This document shows positions 26,697-40,400 of a stretch of DNA of 64,000 bases, in pieces (positions within the stretch are counted from its first letter, which is position 1; each line of letters begins with the position of its first letter). The DNA comes from an uncultured Planctomycetales bacterium (GTDB lineage Bacteria; Omnitrophota; Gorgyraeia; Zapsychrales; Fredricksoniimonadaceae), in contig CAZNDZ010000001.1 of assembly GCA_964572155.1 (NCBI GenBank), forward strand, positions 910,290-974,289, given 5' to 3'. The position numbers and the translations under genes were made by a program. The notes beneath the pieces were generated by a model. The model had not been told where the DNA came from and searched no databases. It saw nothing but the letters and a program-made list of their open reading frames with translations.

Positions 26697-28667
26697 GTGG
26701 AAAAGTTTGTCCTTCAAAGTGATTTCAAACCTGTTGCTGATCAAGTCAATGCCATTGATTTCTTATCCAAAGGCCTAGATCAAGAAGCACCTGCCCAAAT
26801 TTTGCTTGGGGTCACAGGTAGCGGCAAGACCTTTACTATTGCCAATACCATCGCCAAGGTCAATCGTCCAGCGCTCGTCATTTCCCACAATAAAACATTA
26901 GCTGCTCAACTGTATAGTGAGCTTAAAGAATTTTTCCCAAACAATGCCGTCGAGTATTTTGTTAGCTACTACGATTATTACCAGCCAGAAGCGTATATCC
27001 CGCAAACCGATGTATATATTGAAAAAGATTCTGCCATTAATGATCGTCTAGATCGTTTGCGTCTGGCTGCCACCACGTCACTCATGTCCCGTCGGGATGT
27101 GATCATTGTTGCTTCTGTATCATGTATCTATAACTTAGGTTCGCCTGATGATTATCAAAATTATATGGTGCAATTGCAAGTAGGGCAAAAGATTGACCGT
27201 GATGCGGTCTTAGAGCAATTAGTGTCCATCCAGTATGAGCGCAATGACTATGAATTTTCCCGCGGCAAAATCCGTGTGCGTGGGGATGTCTTGGAGGTTC
27301 AGCCTGCTTATCGTGAAGATGCGCTGCGCATCGAATTCTTTGATGATGAGATTGAGCGTATCCGTCAGATCAATCCGATTTCAGGGGAAACCATTGCCAC
27401 CTTAGAAAAATGCGCGGTTTATCCTGCCAAGCATTTCTTGATTTCACCGCCTAGGCTTGAAACAGCGATAAAAGAAATTGATGAAGAGTTAACAGAGCGA
27501 CTTAAAGTTTTGGAGGCAGAAGGCAAGTTGGTTGAGGCGCAACGCCTAAGGTCGCGCACTAAGTATGACATGGAGATGATGAAGGAAATTGGCACCTGCA
27601 AAGGCATTGAGAATTATTCACGGGTGTTATCGGGAAGACCTGCTGGGAGTCGGCCATTTACCTTGATTGATTATTTCCCCAAAGATTTTATCACGATCAT
27701 CGACGAGTCCCACGTGACGGTACCACAATTAAATGGGATGTATGAGGGGGATCGTTCGCGCAAGACCATGTTGGTGAATCATGGGTTTCGATTGCCCTCG
27801 TGTTTGGATAATCGACCACTTAAATACCATGAACTAAAGCCATTGTTGGGCGCGACCATTTATGTTTCAGCGACGCCATCGCCTTATGAGCGCAAAGAAG
27901 CAGGCAGCAGGGTGGTTGAGCAGATCATCCGTCCGACGGGCATTGTTGATCCACCGATCATTTTATGTAAAACAGAGGGACAAGTGCAAGATTTGATTGA
28001 ACGCACCAAGATTCGGGCAGGACGTAATGAGCGGGTTCTCGTCACCACTTTAACCAAGCGCATGACCGAAGATTTAAGTGAATATTTAGCTGAGGCAGGC
28101 ATTAAGACAAAGTATCTGCACTCTGACATTGAAACAATCGACCGCGTTAAAATTTTACAGGATTTACGCACAAAGAAATTTGATTGTCTTGTCGGAGTTA
28201 ACTTATTGCGTGAAGGTTTGGATTTACCAGAAGTATCCTTGGTGGCCATATTCGACGCTGATAAACAAGGGTTCTTGCGCTCTCAAACATCGCTGATTCA
28301 AACCGCCGGTCGTGCGGCCCGTAATATTCACGGTGAAGTTGTCATGTATGCCGACACTGTCTCTGATGCCATGCGGGGCATGATGAGTGAATGTGAGCGC
28401 CGTCGTAAGATTCAAATTGCCCATAACACCAAAAATAATATTACGCCAACAACGATTAAACGGGCCTTGCATGTGGGCATTGACCAGTTTGCCGAAGCAG
28501 AAGCGTTGACAGCTGAAATTGTGGGGCTCAATGATGAACAATTTGCCCATAGCAATCGCATCCATGATTTAGAGACACAAATGGAATTGGCGGCACGAAA
28601 TTTAGAGTTTGAGAAAGCAGCAAAATTAAGAGATAAAATCAAAGCCTTGCAAGCACAGGCGCACTAG
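26697..28667 (+). CDS. uvrB: Excinuclease ABC subunit B
   Basis: 'FKPVADQVNAIDFLSKGL', Walker A 'GVTGSGKTFT', DEAH-like 'IIDESHV', and the C-terminal UvrB/UvrC interaction helix. Start probably the GTG at 26697; an ATG at 26676 is also in frame. Confidence 0.95.
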   Translation: MEKFVLQSDFKPVADQVNAIDFLSKGLDQEAPAQILLGVTGSGKTFTIANTIAKVNRPALVISHNKTLAAQLYSELKEFFPNNAVEYFVSYYDYYQPEAYIPQTDVYIEKDSAINDRLDRLRLAATTSLMSRRDVIIVASVSCIYNLGSPDDYQNYMVQLQVGQKIDRDAVLEQLVSIQYERNDYEFSRGKIRVRGDVLEVQPAYREDALRIEFFDDEIERIRQINPISGETIATLEKCAVYPAKHFLISPPRLETAIKEIDEELTERLKVLEAEGKLVEAQRLRSRTKYDMEMMKEIGTCKGIENYSRVLSGRPAGSRPFTLIDYFPKDFITIIDESHVTVPQLNGMYEGDRSRKTMLVNHGFRLPSCLDNRPLKYHELKPLLGATIYVSATPSPYERKEAGSRVVEQIIRPTGIVDPPIILCKTEGQVQDLIERTKIRAGRNERVLVTTLTKRMTEDLSEYLAEAGIKTKYLHSDIETIDRVKILQDLRTKKFDCLVGVNLLREGLDLPEVSLVAIFDADKQGFLRSQTSLIQTAGRAARNIHGEVVMYADTVSDAMRGMMSECERRRKIQIAHNTKNNITPTTIKRALHVGIDQFAEAEALTAEIVGLNDEQFAHSNRIHDLETQMELAARNLEFEKAAKLRDKIKALQAQAH

Positions 28668-28709
28668 ATAAATAGTGATTGCAAGATCGTTTTGTGTTAA
28701 GATTAATTT

Positions 28710-32499
<3,790 letters not shown>

Positions 32500-32558
32500 G
32501 GGATGTAGTATATATTAACAGCTTGAAAAATCAAATATTTATATTAGAATGGACCCTT

Positions 32559-33611
32559 ATGGATAGAAGCTTCTACATAGGACTCGCCAAAGCAGCGCTT
32601 GCCGGCAACGAAATCGACAATGCTACCTGTGAGCGCATTTTAGGGGATAATACCTTAGAGATTTTGCCGCTTTTGGATGCTGCTTTCCAAGTGCGTAAAA
32701 CCTATCATGGCACGAAGGTGCGGGTCCATATCTTAAACAATGCGCAGAATGGGCATTGCCAAGAAGATTGTCATTATTGCGCTCAAGCCAAGTCATCCAA
32801 AGCAGACATTGAAGAATATGGCATTAAACCAGACGCTGAAATCTTAGCAGAGGCACGCCAAGCTTATGCAAAGGGCGCATCGTGCTATTGCATGGTTTTT
32901 GCTGGCCGTCAGGCATCCCAGTCACGCATCGATCGTTTAAAGCGGGTCTTAACACAAATCAAACAAGAATTTCCAGATCGCGAAACCTGTGTATCGACGG
33001 GTTTTGTTTCGTTAGAAGGTGCTGTGCAACTAAAGAGCGCAGGGCTTGATCGACTAAATCATAATTTAAATACATCAGAATCCAATTACAATAATATTTG
33101 CACGACCCACACGTATACAGATCGTTTAAATACCTTGCTCGCGGCGCGACAAGCAGGATTAAAATTATGCGCTGGTATGATCGTCGGTATGGGGGAGCGT
33201 AATAAAGATATCATTGAAGTGGCTAAAGAGTTGCGTAAGCTTAAAGCAGAATCAATTCCGGTTAATTTGCTTGTTCCGATCGAAGGCAATCAATTGCAAG
33301 TCACCGATGATTTAACCCCTGAATTTTGTCTGCGTGTTCTATGTTTGTTTCGATTCTTAAACCCGTCGGCAGAGATACGTGTGGCCGCAGGGCGAGAGAT
33401 TCGTTTGCGGTCCATGGAAGTGATGGCATTGTATCCTGCAAATTCTATCTTCATGCAAGGCTATTTGAATGCGAAAGGTGCCGATAATGATCATGCGGTC
33501 ACGATGATCAAAGATGCTGGATTTGAGATTTTGTCTGATGAGCCTTTGAGTGTGCCCTCAAAGGTTGAAGTTGAGTTAAAAGGTTTGAACGAATTACGCC
33601 CCGCACAATAA
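32559..33611 (+). CDS. bioB: Biotin synthase (radical SAM)
   Basis: Radical SAM 'CQEDCHYCAQ', and 'LNHNLNTSESNYNNICTTHTYTDRLNTL' (compare BioB '[28 protein letters not shown]'). Start refined to ATG 32559. Confidence 0.75.
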   Translation: MDRSFYIGLAKAALAGNEIDNATCERILGDNTLEILPLLDAAFQVRKTYHGTKVRVHILNNAQNGHCQEDCHYCAQAKSSKADIEEYGIKPDAEILAEARQAYAKGASCYCMVFAGRQASQSRIDRLKRVLTQIKQEFPDRETCVSTGFVSLEGAVQLKSAGLDRLNHNLNTSESNYNNICTTHTYTDRLNTLLAARQAGLKLCAGMIVGMGERNKDIIEVAKELRKLKAESIPVNLLVPIEGNQLQVTDDLTPEFCLRVLCLFRFLNPSAEIRVAAGREIRLRSMEVMALYPANSIFMQGYLNAKGADNDHAVTMIKDAGFEILSDEPLSVPSKVEVELKGLNELRPAQ

Positions 33612-33629
33612 GTATTTTTTTGATTATTC

Positions 33630-33657
33630 TTGCCAAACCCCTTGCCAGTGCTATATT
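33630..33657 (+). promoter_or_regulatory. Sigma70-like promoter for korAB-trxB (TTGCCA-16 nt-TATATT)
   Basis: 'cTTGCCAaaccccttgccagtgcTATATTaat' lies ~57 nt upstream of the korA start. Confidence 0.35.
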
Positions 33658-33714
33658 AATAAAAATTATGTTATCATTCCAAAGTATAACTTTTCCAACA
33701 TAAGAGGGTTTCGT

Positions 33715-35523
33715 ATGTCAGTTGAAAAATGTTCAGTTGCACGGTTTGAATTGCTCATGGATGCAGGGTTTGGTGCGCAGAAAGCAGGGGACATTCTCTT
33801 GCAAGCGTTTGTGGCCATGGGTAAATATGTTTATGTAGAGCCGATGATCCCTGCGGAAATTTCACCCCCAGCGCGTTCTCGTCCAGCTTTATCCGGCGTT
33901 ATTATCCGTTTAGCAGATTTTGATGTGACCAATATTGGTAATGACACCGACGTTATTTTAGCTTCTCATGAAATTGTACTTGATCGTCGTCTAGATGATC
34001 ATGAACATAATCCAAAATGCCGCATTTTGTTGGATATGGGAGATCAAGCGGATAACCCAGATTCATACGAAACAGTTTTGAAGCGTTGCACCAAAGAAGG
34101 TTTGAAAGTTATCCCATTTCACGTCGATGAAGTTTCAAAAAACATCTTGAAAGAAATGGGCGGTAAAGGTCAGAATTTGTATTACTTAGGCATGTTGGCT
34201 TATATTTACGGGATGGATGAAGCCATCGTCCAACAAGAAATTGTGAAGACCTTCGGCAAGAAATTAAAGCCTGAGATCCTCGAAAAAAATATCACCTTGT
34301 ACCATAACGGTTATCAATTAGCCCAAAGCATGGTTGATTTCCGCATTCAAGTTGATACCAAGCCTCGTCAAGGTGAAAAGATCTTGATCGACGGTAATTC
34401 AGCTTTAGCCATGGGTATCATTGATGCCGGTATTAAATTATTTTCAGGTTATCCCATCACACCAGCATCATCGGTCATGCACACTTTAGCTAAGATATTC
34501 CCTTCATACGGGGGCATGGTGCACCAAGCTGAAGATGAAATTGCAGCGATCGGTACAGCGGTGGGTTCTTATTTTGGAGGCGTTCCGTCGATCACAGCCA
34601 CATCTGGTCCAGGGTTGTCGCTCAAACAAGAATTCATTGGGTATTCTCAATCTGCAGAAATTCCATTAATTGTTTTGGACGTTCAACGTTCAGGCCCGTC
34701 AACAGGTATGCCAACAAAAACCGAACAGTCAGATTTACCGTCGGTAATTTTTGGTTCACATGGCGACTACACCAAGGTTGTTATCAGCGTTGCCAACGTT
34801 ATTGATTGTTTTTATGCACCACATTTAGCGCGTTACTTAGCTGAGAAATTACGTTTGCCGGTTTTTATCTTAAGTGATTTCCAAACCGCAAATAGTTATA
34901 AAGTTATTACCAAGCCGACCGTTGTCCAAATGGATAATCCTGAAGATATTCCGGATTTCATCTTAGAACGTTTTCACATGAAGCGTCTTCCAGCAACGGT
35001 TGAAATGGTACGTATTTCACAAGCTGTACCAGGTACGGAAGGTGGCATGCGCCGTGTCACAGGTCTTAATTCTGACGCACAAGGTAAGGTTAGCTATTTC
35101 TCCGACACCAATCAACGCGGTCATCATATCCGCAATGAAAAAGTCCATCATGTCCGTCGGGCTTTGGATTTGCCAGAATTGTTTGGTAAGGATGCTAATG
35201 AAATCCTCGTCGTTGGTTGGGGTAGTACACGTGGGGCATTAGAAGAAACCATCACCATGTGTCAAAAAGAAGGTTTACCCGTTTCTGGGATGCATTTTAA
35301 AGTGGTGTATCCTTTGCCATTAATGATCAAAGACCTTTTTAAGAAATATAAAAAGGTGCTTTCTGTGGAAGTTGCGTATGGTGATGAATTAAAACCATCC
35401 CCGTTGGCCATGTTATTACGCAGCGAAACATTGGTTGATGTCAGGCCATTGATGGCAGAAGCCACAGGCCGTCCGATACGTCCTAGAATAGTTTTAGAGA
35501 AGCTTAAGGAGATACTCAAATGA
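33715..35523 (+). CDS. korA: 2-oxoacid:ferredoxin oxidoreductase alpha subunit (KorA-type, fused alpha/gamma)
   Basis: 602 aa with pyruvate/2-oxoglutarate:ferredoxin oxidoreductase domains ('GYPITPAS', 'TSGPGLSLK'). Confidence 0.75.
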   Translation: MSVEKCSVARFELLMDAGFGAQKAGDILLQAFVAMGKYVYVEPMIPAEISPPARSRPALSGVIIRLADFDVTNIGNDTDVILASHEIVLDRRLDDHEHNPKCRILLDMGDQADNPDSYETVLKRCTKEGLKVIPFHVDEVSKNILKEMGGKGQNLYYLGMLAYIYGMDEAIVQQEIVKTFGKKLKPEILEKNITLYHNGYQLAQSMVDFRIQVDTKPRQGEKILIDGNSALAMGIIDAGIKLFSGYPITPASSVMHTLAKIFPSYGGMVHQAEDEIAAIGTAVGSYFGGVPSITATSGPGLSLKQEFIGYSQSAEIPLIVLDVQRSGPSTGMPTKTEQSDLPSVIFGSHGDYTKVVISVANVIDCFYAPHLARYLAEKLRLPVFILSDFQTANSYKVITKPTVVQMDNPEDIPDFILERFHMKRLPATVEMVRISQAVPGTEGGMRRVTGLNSDAQGKVSYFSDTNQRGHHIRNEKVHHVRRALDLPELFGKDANEILVVGWGSTRGALEETITMCQKEGLPVSGMHFKVVYPLPLMIKDLFKKYKKVLSVEVAYGDELKPSPLAMLLRSETLVDVRPLMAEATGRPIRPRIVLEKLKEILK

Positions 35524-36425
35524 GCGCCCCTACAACAGCTCCAATTACAATTAAAGACTTAAGTACAGAAAACCCACGCTGGTGTGCAGGGTGTGGCGAT
35601 TTCGGTATTATCATGGGTTTAAAAAGATTTATTGTTGATCGTCAATTGCAACCTGCAAAGACCATCAATGTTTCAGGGATCGGTTGTTCAGGTCGTGCAC
35701 CAAATTATTTTAATACCTATGGCGTTCACTCTATCCATGGTCGTCCCATCACCGTGGCTTTGGGTATTGCCTTGGCTCGTCCGGATTTGAACTTGTTCGT
35801 TCATGCGGGCGATGGGGATGCGCTTAGTATCGGCGGGAACCATTTAATTCACGGGATCAATAAAAACTTTAATTGCGTGTTTTTGATGTATGACAATGAA
35901 GTTTATGCGTTGACTAAAAATCAAACTTCTCCGACGACACGTAAGGATCATCCAACCAATACACAGCCTCAAGGAAGTTTCTTGAATCCTTTGAACCCTA
36001 TCACCGTGGCTTTAGGTTTGGGGGCTTCGTTTGTGGCTTCAACGGCAGATTGGATCCCAGATCATTTAACCAATACAATGAAAGCCGCATTTGATCATCC
36101 AGGGTTTTCATTTGTACATATTTCTCAACGTTGTCCACACTTTGATCCAAACAATTTTGATCATAAATCATCGTCATGGTTTTCATTTTTGAAGCATCCA
36201 AATGGCATTGATGCAGATCGTCGTTTGGCTGATAAGACAGAAGTGATTGAACATGATCCGTCGGATATGATGGCTGGATTCAAGTATGCCGCTGCTGAAC
36301 GCCGTTACTTTGGTTTGTTCTATCAAAATAAAGATAAACCCCGTTATGATGAAATCTTGCATAACGTTGTTAAAAATGCGCCTAAGAAAGACCGCTCGAA
36401 GATTTTAGATGGCTTTAATATCTGA
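35520..36425 (+). CDS. korB: 2-oxoacid:ferredoxin oxidoreductase beta subunit (TPP-binding)
   Basis: 'WCAGCGDFG', TPP motif 'HAGDGDALSIGGNH'; start overlaps the korA stop (ATGA). Confidence 0.8.
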   Translation: MSAPTTAPITIKDLSTENPRWCAGCGDFGIIMGLKRFIVDRQLQPAKTINVSGIGCSGRAPNYFNTYGVHSIHGRPITVALGIALARPDLNLFVHAGDGDALSIGGNHLIHGINKNFNCVFLMYDNEVYALTKNQTSPTTRKDHPTNTQPQGSFLNPLNPITVALGLGASFVASTADWIPDHLTNTMKAAFDHPGFSFVHISQRCPHFDPNNFDHKSSSWFSFLKHPNGIDADRRLADKTEVIEHDPSDMMAGFKYAAAERRYFGLFYQNKDKPRYDEILHNVVKNAPKKDRSKILDGFNI

Positions 36426-37356
36426 GAAATTAATCATCATTGGTTCAGGACCTGCAGGGCACACGGCCGCGATCTACGCGGCCCGTGCTAATTTAAGCCC
36501 TTTGATGTTCGAAGGCATGTTTGCCGCTGGCGTCGCTGCTGGTGGTCAATTAACAACCACGACAGAAGTTGAAAATTTCCCAGGGTATGAGGCCATTTCT
36601 GGACCTGAGCTCATGGAAAAAATGCGTGCGCAATCATTGCATTGTGGTGCGCGTATTCTAACTGAGACTGTCGACAAAGTTGATTTATCCAAGCGTCCAT
36701 TTATCGTCTTGTCGGGCGCTCAAGAATATAGTGCGCAGGCATTGATCATTGCAACAGGTGCGACCGCCAAGCGCATGAATTTACCTGGGGAAGAACGTTT
36801 ATGGCAAAAGGGCATATCCGCCTGTGCTGTCTGCGACGGGGCTTTACCATTTTTTCGTAATAAAGTTTTAGTTGTCGTCGGTGGTGGGGATAGTGCTGTT
36901 GAAGAAGCCAACTATCTAACGAAGTTTGCTTCCAAAGTCATCATGCTTGTCCGTCGAGATGTCTTGCGTGCATCCAAAGTTATGCAAGAACGCGCGAAGC
37001 ATAATCCAAAAATTGAAATCAAATTTAATACGCATCCCATCGAAGTCTTGGGTGAGAAAATGGTGTCGGGTATTAAAGTTGAAGATACTGTTACCAAACA
37101 ACAATCGGTCATAGATGCCGGTGGTTTATTTTATGCCATTGGTCATGTTCCCAACACCGAATTTTTAGGGGGACAAGTTGCACTTGATGAAACAGGTTAT
37201 ATCAAGGTCCAAGCAGGAACAACCAAAACATCCGTCGAAGGTGTTTTTGCCGCAGGGGATGTTGCTGACAAAGTCTACCGCCAAGCCATCACCTCAGCCG
37301 GCACAGGCTGCATGTCCGCTTTAGACGCCGAACGCTTCCTTTCCGAACACGCTTAG
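36409..37356 (+). CDS. trxB: Thioredoxin-disulfide reductase
   Basis: 'IIIGSGPAGHTAAIYAAR', redox-active 'CAVCDG', second Rossmann 'VVGGGDSAVEEA'. Confidence 0.9.
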   Translation: MALISEKLIIIGSGPAGHTAAIYAARANLSPLMFEGMFAAGVAAGGQLTTTTEVENFPGYEAISGPELMEKMRAQSLHCGARILTETVDKVDLSKRPFIVLSGAQEYSAQALIIATGATAKRMNLPGEERLWQKGISACAVCDGALPFFRNKVLVVVGGGDSAVEEANYLTKFASKVIMLVRRDVLRASKVMQERAKHNPKIEIKFNTHPIEVLGEKMVSGIKVEDTVTKQQSVIDAGGLFYAIGHVPNTEFLGGQVALDETGYIKVQAGTTKTSVEGVFAAGDVADKVYRQAITSAGTGCMSALDAERFLSEHA

Positions 37357-37383
37357 AACATCCATCAAAATTGGCATTTTTAT

Positions 37384-37399
37384 TGTATATATAGTATGC
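37384..37399 (+). promoter_or_regulatory. AT-rich promoter-like element upstream of paralog B sharing TGTATATA/TATAGTATG with the paralog A upstream region
   Basis: 'ttgtatatatagtatgcttaagtaATG' has TATAGT 11 nt before the ATG and no SD. Confidence 0.4.
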
Positions 37400-37406
37400 T
37401 TAAGTA

Positions 37407-40400
37407 ATGCATAAAAGTCTTATCTACATCTTAATCGTCGCATTTGCCTGTGGAACCTTGTGCCCAAATAGGGTTTTGGCCAATGAGCTTGTTTTACCAG
37501 CGCCAGGTACAATGGTTCATTTGAGTCCTTCGGTTGATACGCCCATTTTAAAAGGCATCAAAGTACATCCCGAAAATCCTTTTAAATTCGATTTCGTCTT
37601 GTCGCAAGGTGATGCAACTTCAAACTTAAACGTAACATCAAACAAACTTGTTAAGTATTTTCTAGCCGCATTGACCACCCCAGAAAAAGACATGTGGGTT
37701 AACTTAAGCCCATATGAAAAAGACCGCATTGTCCCTGAGCATTTTGGTACAACAGAAATGGGTCGAGATCTTTTAGCCCAAGATTATTTGCTAAAACAAA
37801 TTACCGCGTCGCTGGTTTATCCTGAAGGGGAAGTGGGGCAAGCCTTCTGGAAAAAAGTCTATGCGTTATCACCGAATAAAAATATCCCTGTAAACACCTT
37901 TAACAAAGTATGGATCGTCCCTAATAAAGCCGTTGTTTATGAAAACGCCAAAGCTGGCAGCGCCTATGTGGTTGAATCATCCTTGAAAGTCATGACTGAG
38001 CAAGATTACCTTGCCGACACAAAAAATAAGAGCACATCAACTAATAATCAAGTTGTGCGCGATATTGTCATCCCACAACTCACCAAAGAAGTCAACGAAG
38101 GCAGCAACTTTGCGCAACTGCGACAAGTATACAATTCCTTAATCTTAGCGACGTGGTACAAGAAAAAGATCAAAGACAGCATCCTGTCACAAGTATACGC
38201 CGATAAAAATAAAGTAGCCGGCGTAAATATCGAAGACCCCCAAGAAAAGCAAAAAATCTATCAGCGTTACCTTGAAGCGTTCAAGAAGGGGGCCTACAAC
38301 TACATCAAAGAAGAGCAAGACCCTGTAACGCATCAAATCATTCCTAAGAAATATTTTTCTGGTGGGATAAGCGCAACAAATTTTAGTAATCAAGCTATGA
38401 CGGTAACAACAGATCCTTCCAATATTCAAAAAGGAATGAATGGTGATAATTTAAAAATTGTATCTGTGTCTATAGACAGGGCGCAAATTGTTCCCATTGT
38501 CCCAATTGCTTCAGTTAATGTTAATGAAGGTGTGACGAATAAATGGCTTGGTAATCATTTGGATCAAATAGATATGTTTCAAGCTTTTGAAATTCTCAAC
38601 GAAGAACATCCTGAATTTAAAAAATTAGAAGAACAAGAAAATAAGATTCTTGTTATCGGGGGAACAGTAGAAGAAGTTAATTTCTTAATTCGGCGATATC
38701 CAAAATCAAGCATTACGGTAGTCAGCTTAAATGAATCTGATTTAAGAGGCTTGCAAGCGTTTGAAAGTAATATGGGAGTAGGAAAAATTAATGGTTTATT
38801 TCTAGGCGATGTCAGAGATTTGACAGCAAGAGAAATTCCTGATGATTCTTTTGATATTGTTTTCTCTCATGGGATAGATTCTTCGACTTTCTTAAGTGAG
38901 GTTGATGCTACGAAAGTATTACAAGGAATAGCATCTCAAGAAATGCGCATGCTTAAAGCGGGTGGCCTTTTATATCATCCTTATATAGGGGATAAAAATG
39001 CTTTAAAGCAATATTATTCGCAACAGTCTGAAGCTGGTTCTCTAAAAGAACTTAAATCAGGTAAAGAGTACCCAGAATTCTTTGTTAAAAGTATGCAGGG
39101 TTCAACTCAATTAAGTAAACAAATATTTGATAGGGCACAAGCATCAAAGAAATTAGTTGTTACAAATCGGGCTAAGGAAATTTTGAGAGAAGTATTTGAT
39201 ATTGGACCGGGTGTTTGGGTGAAAATCCGCGATCTGAGAAAGGGTGAGATTGCTGTTCAGAGAGGTTTATCTGGTTCAGAGCATGAAGGGGATTATATTG
39301 GAGATGGTATTTCTGAAGCATTGAATATATTAAATGGAAAGGTAGATCTCGAAAAACGGTCATACAGTCGAAATGATTTGGATGAATTAACATATGCAGT
39401 AACAAGTCATTATGCTTTACCTTTTGCAATGCGATTTGCTGTTGATGACAAAATTGATCCAGAGATAGGTTTGAGCGAAGAACATATTTATTTGAAAGGT
39501 ATGAATCCTGAAAATTTACTTCAAGTTGCTTTGATTCCTAATCGATCACAGGCTTATTATTGGGCTAGACGGTATCTTAGCTTAATAGAGGATTTAGGTA
39601 TTAAGTTCCGACCTAATAGCAACGGTAAAGTTTTTTCTGATAGCGTTAAAGAGATTATGAAAGAGATAGAGTTCGGAAAGAAGACAGCTTATGGAAGACC
39701 AATAAAAAATTCAGATTATATCAATTCGAAGTTAAGTGCATTATTTGAAAAGTATGAAGCGCCATCCCAGCAGGTTGTTAATTTTATCAGCTCTGGTGCA
39801 ATGATTTCAGAACGTAATATGAACGTGGCGGATAATGCACAAGCATCGTCTGAGGGTAAAATGTTTGGAAGCGTTGAATACCAAGCAATGAAGAATGAAA
39901 AAGATATATCGGTTTCAGTGAAGGACGGTCAACTTATTCTTGAGGGAAAAGAAGGGGTTTATAAAATGCCGTTTTTTGATTCTAAGGATGTTCAAATAGG
40001 AAAACGCATAGGTCAACGAGATGAAAATTCTAATATGGGGTATAGAAAGATCGTTTTCAAAAACAGTGTAGAATTTTTGGGGTATATGCCAGAATTAGGT
40101 AGTTTAACAGCGTTGGAAAGTTTTCTTAAAACACTGAGCATAGTACATACAAACCCTCAGGCTGAGGCTGCATTACCAAGGATTTATGGAGCTTATTATA
40201 ATGATAGAAATGAAATTGAATTAATCGTTGATAAATTTGATTTGCCTCATCCAGACTCTAATTATTTAACAAAAGATGCATCAGTTGAGGTTTTAGATAA
40301 TACATCACAAATACTTTCTGATGGTGTGTTGGCCAGTATTGTATTAAATGGTCTTAATTTAAGCAAAGTGTTCGAAGTTGATTATACGTTTATTGAAGCA

